From Bacillus litorisediminis (GTDB taxonomy: Bacteria; Bacillota; Bacilli; Bacillales; JC228), in contig NZ_JAKZKT010000002.1 in assembly GCF_022808645.1 (NCBI RefSeq), positions 165,478 to 189,477 on the forward strand: DNA of 24,000 nt. The letters run 5' to 3'. This document shows, one piece after another, positions 7,934 through 13,963 of this stretch. How positions within the stretch are numbered: position 1 is the stretch's first letter; each line of letters opens with the position of its first letter. The notes beneath the pieces are model-generated. The model was not told the DNA's origin. It did not search any database and worked only from the letters and a program-made list of their open reading frames with translations. The translations under genes and the position numbers were made by a program.

Positions 7934-8215
7934 GTGGAAAGCTTGTTTAACTGGAAGGTACGGTTTAAAAATCCAGTGTTTATTTTTACTGTTTTTATCC
8001 CAGGTCTTATTTTTCTTACCCAAGCGATTTTATCTTTTATTAACACTTTTATATATCCAATAGGCTTTACTATTTCTGATGATGCCGTAAATGGTTTATT
8101 AGGAATTGTGAACTTAATTGCTTTTACATTCTTCGGTATTGGCGGGCTAGTGGATCCAACAACGAAGGGTATAAGTGACAGCCAAAGGGCAAAAAAATAC
8201 ACGAGACCGATGTAA
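7934..8215 (+). CDS. Phi-LC3 / Phage_holin_1 family holin-like membrane protein.
   Basis: N-terminal NWKVRFKNP, two hydrophobic helices, and the family-typical C-terminal GLVDPTTKGISDSQRAKKYTRP. The start is ambiguous (GTG 7934 or in-frame TTG 7943). Confidence 0.65.
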   Translation: MESLFNWKVRFKNPVFIFTVFIPGLIFLTQAILSFINTFIYPIGFTISDDAVNGLLGIVNLIAFTFFGIGGLVDPTTKGISDSQRAKKYTRPM

Positions 8216-8397
8216 TGGAGCAAGGCTTGTAATGTTATACTCTCTTACAAAGTCCGTTTTCCGCTTAGAAAAGAGTTTATTCTTTGGAATAGGCTCTTTT
8301 TCATTTAATTTGAAGGATTGTACATATTAAAAATGCTTTTTATATGGAAAATTAAATGGAGAAAATTTTATGAAAAAATTAATGAAAAACAATTGAC

Positions 8398-8414
8398 ATA
8401 CCCCTAATAGGTAT
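8398..8414. promoter_or_regulatory. CsoR-type operator box 1, immediately after a TTGACA -35 hexamer.
   Basis: ATACCCCTAATAGGTAT (arms ATACC/GGTAT), directly following TTGACA at 8393-8398. Confidence 0.55.
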
Positions 8415-8439
8415 ATTAACCTTGAATCAAGGCAATGTT

Positions 8440-8456
8440 ATACCCTAACTGGGTAT
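8440..8456. promoter_or_regulatory. CsoR-type operator box 2 (perfect).
   Basis: ATACCC-TAACT-GGGTAT: perfect 6 bp arms and a 5 bp spacer, 28 nt upstream of the csoR start. Confidence 0.65.
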
Positions 8457-8483
8457 TTAAAATATATCAAGGAGGTGCTGCTA

Positions 8484-8864
8484 ATGTCACTTAACCTTAA
8501 TAATGAAGAAATACTAAATGTTGATGCCTGCTGCTCCAGCGAAAGAAAAAGTCATCATTCAGATGAAGTAAAGGCAAATTTATATGCCAGATTAAATAGA
8601 ATCGAAGGACAAATTCGCGGGATTAAAGGTCTTATAGAAAAGGACACGTATTGCGATGATGTGATTACGCAAATTGCTGCTACTCAATCGGCCTTAACCA
8701 GTGTTGCTAAAATTTTATTAGGGGGTCATTTGAAGACTTGTGTACTGGAAAGAGTCCAGGATGGGGATGATGAGGTCTTAGATGAGGTGCTAATCACCAT
8801 TCAAAAATTAATGAGGGGAGGCCAAACTATTGATGATGCGGGTTATGAAGTACAATATAATTAG
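8484..8864 (+). CDS. csoR: CsoR-family copper-sensing transcriptional repressor.
   Basis: DUF156 core (LYARLNRIEGQIRGIKGLIEKDTYCDDVITQIAA...GGHLKTCV) with a C...H-x3-C Cu(I) ligand pattern. The ATG at 8484 lies 8 nt after AGGAGG (8470-8475), so the listed GTG at 8475 is unlikely. Extra N-terminal CC/HH segment and a C-terminal tail. Confidence 0.85.
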   Translation: MSLNLNNEEILNVDACCSSERKSHHSDEVKANLYARLNRIEGQIRGIKGLIEKDTYCDDVITQIAATQSALTSVAKILLGGHLKTCVLERVQDGDDEVLDEVLITIQKLMRGGQTIDDAGYEVQYN

Positions 8865-8865
8865 A

Positions 8866-8896
8866 AAAAGTGCTGATTGTAGCACGTTTTATTTTT
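8866..8896 (+). terminator. Probable csoR terminator.
   Basis: AAAAGTGCT-GATTGT-AGCACGTTTT followed by ATTTTT. Confidence 0.5.
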
Positions 8897-8905
8897 CAAG
8901 AAAAT

Positions 8906-8922
8906 ATACCCCTTGTGGGTAT
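8906..8922. promoter_or_regulatory. CsoR-type operator box 3 (perfect).
   Basis: ATACCC-CTTGT-GGGTAT, overlapping TATATAGT -10-like sequence, about 220 nt upstream of the thioredoxin start. Confidence 0.6.
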
Positions 8923-9143
8923 ATAGTGAATAAGTAAAAAATACAGGAACTTCAGTTTCCGTTGTTTTAAATGCCGTACGTTTACAAAGGGTATAGCTAA
9001 ATCAAAAATTATTCTAAGTTTATCGACAAGTAATTACACCGGCGGGAACTGGATGTATGACTGCTTTAGAAACAGAAAAATAATGAAAGAAATCGAAAGG
9101 AGTATGAGCCTCAAAAATTTCCATATTTTAAGGAGGAATTTCT

Positions 9144-9461
9144 ATGTTAAAGCAAATGAATTTATATGAGTTTGAGCATCAAATAAAAGAAATGAATAAG
9201 CCTATTCTTCTAAAGTTTACAGCAGTCTGGTGTCCAGGATGCAGACAACTGGCTCCTATTGTTGAAAACGTTGAGGAACAGTTAAGAGATACGGTAGCAT
9301 TCTTTGACGTGGATGTTGACAAGTCACTTGACTTGGCACAAAAATTTGGAGTCATGAGTATACCGACACTTATCCTTTTTAAAAACGGGAAAGAAGTAGA
9401 TCGTGTTACGGCTCCAGATGCAAATGAAGAAGCAATTATAAAATTTGTGACCAAATCATAA
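9144..9461 (+). CDS. Thioredoxin-family protein with a WCPGC active site.
   Basis: 105 aa with a thioredoxin fold signature (ILLKFTAVWCPGCRQLAP ... GVMSIPTLILFKNGKEV). RBS AAGGAGG upstream of the ATG at 9144. Confidence 0.85.
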   Translation: MLKQMNLYEFEHQIKEMNKPILLKFTAVWCPGCRQLAPIVENVEEQLRDTVAFFDVDVDKSLDLAQKFGVMSIPTLILFKNGKEVDRVTAPDANEEAIIKFVTKS

Positions 9462-9515
9462 TTCGTGCTGGAAATGTTGCAATACTAGAGAGGGTAAAAA
9501 ATCAATTGTTATTAA

Positions 9516-9532
9516 TAACCCTACGAGGGTAA
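9516..9532. promoter_or_regulatory. CsoR-type operator box 4 (variant).
   Basis: TAACCC-TACGA-GGGTAA keeps the ACCC-N5-GGGT core. It lies 44 nt upstream of the copZ start. Confidence 0.45.
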
Positions 9533-9575
9533 CGTGTAGTGTTAATTAAACACAACTAATTAGGAGGTAATAATT

Positions 9576-9812
9576 ATGAATCAAACAACACTAAATGTTA
9601 AGGGAATGTCTTGTGGACATTGCATTAGATCGATTGAAGGAAATGTGGGGAAACTAAATGGTGTAGAATCTGTAAAAGTGAATTTAAGTGAAGGTAAAGT
9701 AGACCTAACGTTTGATCCTAATACTGTCAGTTTGATAGAAATAAAAGAAGTAATTGAAGATCAAGGATATGATATAGAGGAACAGCCAAACCAAGGAGAG
9801 AGTTGCCACTAA
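9576..9812 (+). CDS. copZ: Copper chaperone CopZ (HMA domain).
   Basis: GMSCGHC metal-binding motif within a ferredoxin-like HMA fold sequence. RBS TAGGAGG. Short acidic C-terminal tail ending ESCH. Confidence 0.9.
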   Translation: MNQTTLNVKGMSCGHCIRSIEGNVGKLNGVESVKVNLSEGKVDLTFDPNTVSLIEIKEVIEDQGYDIEEQPNQGESCH

Positions 9813-9824
9813 TGAGAAACAAAT

Positions 9825-9855
9825 GATCGTGCTGATATCAGCACGATCTCTTTTG
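9825..9855 (+). terminator. copZ terminator.
   Basis: Perfect palindrome GATCGTGCTGAT/ATCAGCACGATC (9825-9848) followed by TCTCTTTT. Confidence 0.8.
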
Positions 9856-9864
9856 AATAGGGAT

Positions 9865-9881
9865 ATACCCCTCCATAGTTT
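9865..9881. promoter_or_regulatory. CsoR-box-like half site upstream of the His-rich protein.
   Basis: ATACCCCTCCATAGTTT has an intact left arm and a degenerate right arm. By my count it matches box 1 at about 13 of 17 positions. Confidence 0.3.
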
Positions 9882-9930
9882 TAAATTACAACTATTAAAT
9901 TAAAATCTTAAATAGAAATGAGGTAAAAAA

Positions 9931-10761
9931 ATGAAACAAAAAACCTTGCTAGTTTGGTCTATCTCAGCAATTCTGTATCTTGGAGTTGTAATTGGTGCAT
10001 ACAGTGTTTACGCCAGTATGAACCCAATTACTAATAATCATCAAGAAGATCATACACAGCCGCACACAGATGATGAAAGCAGCCATAGTGAACACAATGC
10101 TAAGGCAACTGAAGGAAACAGCGACATTCAAACAAATTTGGAGGTAAAGGATAGTAAGTTATCAATAGCAATTAAAGATAAAACAGGTGAATTGTTTGAT
10201 GAATTAGAAGTCAATCACGAGAAACTACTTCATTTAATCATCATAAGTTCTGATATGGAATTATATAAACATCTCCATCCAGAAAAGATTGGGGCTGGGA
10301 TGTTTGAAGTAAATCAAGAACTCCCAGATGGTGAATATAAAGCATTTATAGATATAAAACCGATAGGTAAAACTTATCAAGTAAATCCTATTTCTTTTAC
10401 AATTGGGGAAAATCACAGAGGTGATCATCAATATGCAACACTTAAACCAAGTGAAAGTATGACTGTCAAAAAAGATAAATATCAAGTTACAATGAACCCT
10501 AGTTCATTAAACGTGAATGAAGAAATAAAACTATCGTTTGATTTGAATGGTACTAAACCTGAACAGTATCTTGGTGCCCTTGGACATGTCGTGATTTTGG
10601 ATGAAGCTGCAAACGAATATATACATGTTCACCCGCTTAAGGGAGAGGAACCAGTATTTGCTACAAGTTTTGACCAACCTGGATTATACAAAGTTTGGGC
10701 AGAATTTAAGTTTAATGGAGACGTGTTTGTTTTTCCTTATGTGATTGAAATTGATAAATAA
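9931..10761 (+). CDS. Membrane-anchored, His-rich extracytoplasmic protein with two tandem copies of an H...HxHP beta-sandwich-like module. Putative metal (copper) binding.
   Basis: N-terminal TM helix (LLVWSISAILYLGVVIGAYSVYA), a His/Asp/Glu-rich linker (HQEDHTQPHTDDESSHSEH), then module 1 (NHEKLLHLIIISSDMELYKHLHP...DGEYKAFIDIKP) and module 2 (ALGHVVILDEAANEYIHVHP...PGLYKVWAEFKF). Confidence 0.75.
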   Translation: MKQKTLLVWSISAILYLGVVIGAYSVYASMNPITNNHQEDHTQPHTDDESSHSEHNAKATEGNSDIQTNLEVKDSKLSIAIKDKTGELFDELEVNHEKLLHLIIISSDMELYKHLHPEKIGAGMFEVNQELPDGEYKAFIDIKPIGKTYQVNPISFTIGENHRGDHQYATLKPSESMTVKKDKYQVTMNPSSLNVNEEIKLSFDLNGTKPEQYLGALGHVVILDEAANEYIHVHPLKGEEPVFATSFDQPGLYKVWAEFKFNGDVFVFPYVIEIDK

Positions 10762-10856
10762 TGCAATGAATAATAAGCTATTGACTGATCGGTATAAAGA
10801 TCTTGTCATACATCTGGAACTTGCAGGTCTTTTACCTCTGATACATTAAGAGAACC

Positions 10857-10897
10857 AAAAGGTGAAAATCCTCCTTTATAGGTGCTTTCACCTTTTT
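10857..10897. terminator. Bidirectional terminator between convergent genes.
   Basis: AAAAGGTGAAA ... TTTCACCTTTTT, flanked by A- and T-runs. Confidence 0.55.
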
Positions 10898-11008
10898 ATA
10901 ATGGTTTTTAAACCACAAGGTCTGCGTATGTGAACATTAGCTTCTAGGTTTGGTACATTGAGTAAATGAACGGCCTTTCCTGTAAACGAAAGACTCGCTC
11001 TGTTAATT

Positions 11009-11706
11009 CTATTTAGATTCTGCAATTAAAATAAGCGAAAGAGGTTTCCCTTCATTAGGATCAACCGGTTCAAGGCAATCCGACAGTTGGAATCCAGCCA
11101 GACCAAGTTCTTGAACCCACGACGCAAGAGTTCTGTAATACCATGGCATACTTGCTTGATATCCTTCACCCATACCATCAAACTTCTCAATTCTCCAGCC
11201 ATTCTCATACCGATTTTTCTCATTTTGATAACAGAAATGGGGTGAAGGGTTTGAATGATAATCCTGCCAGAATTCTTTATTACTTGTTTGCTAGCATAAA
11301 GGACTGGTTGAATCTGTTCAGAGAGAAGCGAGAAATTAAATACAGCCACATCAAATTCGGCTCCAACCACAGTTGGGTGATCTGAAAACGCATCGTAGTT
11401 CATACAGTGAAATTCACCGCCACCCAGTTTCTTGGCCTCATCAATCAAAGGTTCGCTGCTATCAATCCCGACAACATGAATGCCTTTTTGTGCCAGTTCT
11501 CGTGCAAGCCAGCCTTCTCCACAGCCAACGTCAAGGACCGATTGAGGCATTTGGGACAGGATTGTTTGGATAATCGCAGGGTTTGTAACGGTTTTTCTGC
11601 TAATGATCTTTTCATAGCGGATAGACTCAGTCCAAGCCTTACTATTGACCTTCCAACTTTCTTCTAACTGCCTATCATAATGGTTCACTGGTCTCCCCCA
11701 AATCAT
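11009..11706 (-). pseudogene. Class I SAM-dependent methyltransferase, frameshifted at a G4/C4 run (or a homopolymer sequencing error).
   Basis: The N-terminal part has VLDVGCGEGWLAREL (motif I), then VVGIDSS and DVAVFNFSL. After ...IIQTLHP (C-run at 11240-11243) the listed frame becomes implausible. The adjacent frame reads HFCYQNEKNRYENGWRIEKFDGMGEGYQASMPWYYRTLASWVQELGLAGFQLSDCLEPVDPNEGKPLSLILIAESK, with its stop at 11009-11011, which is a typical C-terminus for this family. Confidence 0.65.
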
Positions 11707-11966
11707 GCAGTATTTTTCAAGATATAAAATTTGTTCAGTTGGCAATACAACAGTGTGCGCTGCTTTCTTTTTTGATTCGAAAAAAATACAGTCAAAATTA
11801 GCATTAGAACAGGAATCAATCCTATCAGTCTCCAGCCATTTTCCACACCAAGTAAATAATAGGCAATTTGCAGAAAGGTCATGAAGCTGATGAGCATGGA
11901 AAGCCATGACTGGCTGAATAAACCATTAATAAATAGAAGGATAGAAACAAAAAGGAGACTTGCCAC
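11703..11966 (-). CDS. Small hydrophobic protein (about 3 predicted TM helices), possibly translationally coupled to the methyltransferase.
   Basis: Its stop overlaps the methyltransferase ATG as ATGA (11706-11703). Hydrophobic segments are present. However, the start is GTG, there is no clear RBS, and an alternative hydrophobic frame exists upstream. Confidence 0.35.
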   Translation of the reverse strand: MASLLFVSILLFINGLFSQSWLSMLISFMTFLQIAYYLLGVENGWRLIGLIPVLMLILTVFFSNQKRKQRTLLYCQLNKFYILKNTA

Positions 11967-12015
11967 AAAAACACAATGATATTAAAGGTACCTAATATTT
12001 TCACCTCTTTTTACA

Positions 12016-12024
12016 ATTATACCA
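12016..12024 (-). promoter_or_regulatory. Extended -10 promoter (TGgTATAAT) for the minus-strand small-ORF/methyltransferase unit.
   Basis: Minus strand reads TGGTATAAT. It sits back-to-back with the plus-strand promoter at 12025-12053. Confidence 0.4.
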
Positions 12025-12053
12025 TTGATTTCCAAGTCCTAGAATGTTAATAT
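12025..12053 (+). promoter_or_regulatory. Strong sigma-A-type promoter heading the hflX leader.
   Basis: -35 TTGATT (12025-12030), 17 bp spacer with a TG at 12045-12046 (extended -10), and -10 TAATAT (12048-12053). Confidence 0.6.
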
Positions 12054-12086
12054 AAAAATATTCTAAAAGAAATGGAGGGTTTCCAA

Positions 12087-12128
12087 TTGAAGTATTGCAG
12101 ATTGCGATTCCAAAGTTTGAACAGATAA
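12087..12128 (+). other. Candidate leader peptide uORF1 (MKYCRLRFQSLNR if the TTG start is used).
   Basis: GGAGGG (12074-12079) lies 7 nt upstream of the TTG at 12087. There is also an in-frame ATG at 12072. TAA at 12126-12128. It sits between the promoter and terminator 1. Confidence 0.3.
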
Positions 12129-12219
12129 TTGAATCGTTCAAGTCTCTGCCGGTTGTGCAGAGTAAATGGGATTGGTCTGCCTACTTTTAGGAAGCCTTTT
12201 ATTTTACGGTATGAAAAGA

Positions 12220-12249
12220 TAAGAGGGGACGAATTCTCCCCTCTTTTTG
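12220..12249 (+). terminator. Intrinsic terminator 1 in the hflX leader.
   Basis: AGAGGGGA (12222-12229) / loop CGAATTC / TCCCCTCT (12237-12244), then TTTTT. Confidence 0.8.
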
Positions 12250-12311
12250 CTGTTTTCAAAAAAGTAAATCCGCATATTTCCCTGCCCAAATGGGAGAGGT
12301 ATACCCATTTT

Positions 12312-12359
12312 ATGATTGCAGGGAAGAAGTATCTTTTTTGGACCTCTTCCATTTACTGA
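12312..12359 (+). other. Candidate leader peptide uORF2 (MIAGKKYLFWTSSIY).
   Basis: ATG at 12312 and TGA at 12357-12359, which lies 3 nt before terminator 2. The start codon is buried in a two-tier hairpin (12278-12325). Confidence 0.3.
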
Positions 12360-12362
12360 AAG

Positions 12363-12390
12363 CACAGGCGGGACTAGTCTGTGTTTTTTT
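12363..12390 (+). terminator. Intrinsic terminator 2, immediately upstream of hflX.
   Basis: CACAGGC (12363-12369) / loop GGGACTA / GTCTGTG (12377-12383), followed by T7 (12384-12390). The hflX RBS GGAGGA follows at about 12405. Confidence 0.75.
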
Positions 12391-12417
12391 ATGTTTGATG
12401 AAATGGAGGAATAAAAT

Positions 12418-13674
12418 ATGACAGAAAAACAGAAAGCACTCCTTGTTGGTGTGAATCTGTATGACCAGGATCACTTCCAGTATTCGATGATGGAATTGAA
12501 AAATTTGGCTGCTGCTTGTGACATAGAAGTAGCAGGGGAAGTGACTCAAAATCTCAGCAAAATTCATAAAGCTCATTACATCGGGTCAGGGAAGCTTCAG
12601 GAAACGATTGAGCTTCGGAAAGAAACAAATGCGAATATGGTAATTTTTAATGATGAATTATCTCCGACCCAGACTCGAAATCTCGAAGAAGCGTTTAACT
12701 GCGGAGTCATCGACCGAACGATGTTAATTTTAGCGATTTTTGAAAGAAGGGCGAAAACAAGAGAAGCTATGCTTCAGGTTGAGGTAGCCCATTTAAAATA
12801 CATGCTGCCGCGGATTGTCGGTCAAGGAGAGGCACTTGGAAGGCAAGGCGGGGGAGTTGGTCTGAGAAATCGAGGATCAGGGGAAACTAAACTGGAACTC
12901 GATCGCAGAAAAATTGAGGAAAAGATCTCTTTTTTAAACAAAGAATTAGAAAGTTTAGTAAGTCAGCGTGAGGTGCAGCGAAATCTGCGGAATAAGAGCG
13001 GGATACCCCTTGTATCCTTAGTTGGCTATACCAATGCAGGAAAATCTACGATTATGAATGCATTGGTAAAGAAAAATAATGCCTCTTTGGATAAACAAGT
13101 ATTGGAAAAAGATATGCTTTTTGCTACGTTAGACACGTCTGTACGAAAAATGAATCTGCCGAAAAATCAATCATTCCTGTTAGCGGATACGGTAGGTTTC
13201 GTCGATAAATTACCGCATCACCTAGTAAAAGCCTTCCGTTCGACTCTAGAGGAAGCTGCATCTGCTGACCTCCTGATTCATGTTGTTGACTATTCAAGTC
13301 CGTACTACCAGGAGCAAATCAATGTCACAAATAAAACGTTAGAAGAAATGGGAATCGACCATATTCCAATGATCTATGCTTTCAATAAGGCAGACTTAAC
13401 AGATTGTAAGTTCCCATTGAAAAAAGGGAATCGACTCTATCTTTCCGCCAAACAAGGTGCAGGGATTGAGGAGCTGATTGATATGATTAGTGAGATTACA
13501 ACAAAGGACCATATTCAATGTGAAATGCTGATTCCATTTGATGAGGGCGGGCTCGTTTCCTATTTGAATCAATATGCAAGTATTCTGTCAATCAGTTACG
13601 AAATTGAAGGAACGAAACTAAGCTTAAAATGCAGGAAAAGTGATTTTGAGAAGTATCGGGAGTATGTGATTTGA
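12418..13674 (+). CDS. hflX: GTPase HflX (ribosome-splitting / ribosome-rescue factor family).
   Basis: HflX N-terminal domain (IFNDELSPTQTRNLEEAF...DRTMLILAIFERRAKTREAMLQVEVAHLKYMLPR, GGGVGLRNRGSGETKLELDRR) and G domain (GYTNAGKST, DTVGF, NKAD). Confidence 0.9.
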   Translation: MTEKQKALLVGVNLYDQDHFQYSMMELKNLAAACDIEVAGEVTQNLSKIHKAHYIGSGKLQETIELRKETNANMVIFNDELSPTQTRNLEEAFNCGVIDRTMLILAIFERRAKTREAMLQVEVAHLKYMLPRIVGQGEALGRQGGGVGLRNRGSGETKLELDRRKIEEKISFLNKELESLVSQREVQRNLRNKSGIPLVSLVGYTNAGKSTIMNALVKKNNASLDKQVLEKDMLFATLDTSVRKMNLPKNQSFLLADTVGFVDKLPHHLVKAFRSTLEEAASADLLIHVVDYSSPYYQEQINVTNKTLEEMGIDHIPMIYAFNKADLTDCKFPLKKGNRLYLSAKQGAGIEELIDMISEITTKDHIQCEMLIPFDEGGLVSYLNQYASILSISYEIEGTKLSLKCRKSDFEKYREYVI

Positions 13675-13680
13675 TGAATA

Positions 13681-13719
13681 GACCTTCCCATGAGATTTTG
13701 TGGGAAGGCTTCTTTTTTT
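13681..13719 (+). terminator. hflX terminator.
   Basis: CCTTCCCA (13683-13690) ... TGGGAAGG (13701-13708), followed by CTTCTTTTTTT. Confidence 0.8.
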
Positions 13720-13882
13720 ACTTTAGCGACAAGTAAAAAATTTTAGCAATGAAGCATATTCGACGCAGTCAAAATTTTTAGGAATAAAGTACGACGCACC
13801 TGGTTGACCTGTGTAGCGATACATTAGGATGTGGCGTTTCGAGCGTGATAAGTGCAACCAGGCAATTGCCTGCACCTAAATG

Positions 13883-13907
13883 CTTGGCGCTGGCCAAGTT
13901 TTCTTTT
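13883..13907 (+). terminator. Orphan terminator-like hairpin with no upstream CDS.
   Basis: CTTGGC-GCTG-GCCAAG followed by TTTTCTTTT. Confidence 0.4.
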
Positions 13908-13963
13908 ATAAAAAAATATGAAGCCGAATCCTGGAAAACAGACCTTTTTATCGAATAAAAAAA

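Noticed and set aside
7934-8215. Treating the holin as evidence of a prophage in the window.
   Set aside because: There is no lysin, structural, integrase or repressor gene, and no att-like repeats anywhere nearby. A single holin gene is not enough.
7763-8223. Minus-strand ORFs 7763..8023 and 7849..8223.
   Set aside because: They overlap the holin-like gene, which has clear family motifs, and the divergent promoter region. They show no motifs and no RBS.
12061-12249. 6S RNA or T-box identity for the first leader module.
   Set aside because: Only a 7 nt 5'/3' complementarity (CTAAAAG/CTTTTAG) was found, with no extended closing helix or central bubble. No T-box sequence or specifier-loop features are present.
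12047-12359. ORFs 12047..12352 - (101 aa), 12129..12359 + (76 aa) and 12310..12576 - (88 aa) as protein-coding genes.
   Set aside because: The first two run straight through a strong intrinsic terminator hairpin (12220-12249), and none of the three has an RBS. The region is better explained as the hflX leader, and only the last 15 codons of the plus ORF are retained as a candidate uORF. The third ORF, 12310..12576 -, crosses terminator 2 (12363-12390) and is antisense to the hflX 5' end.
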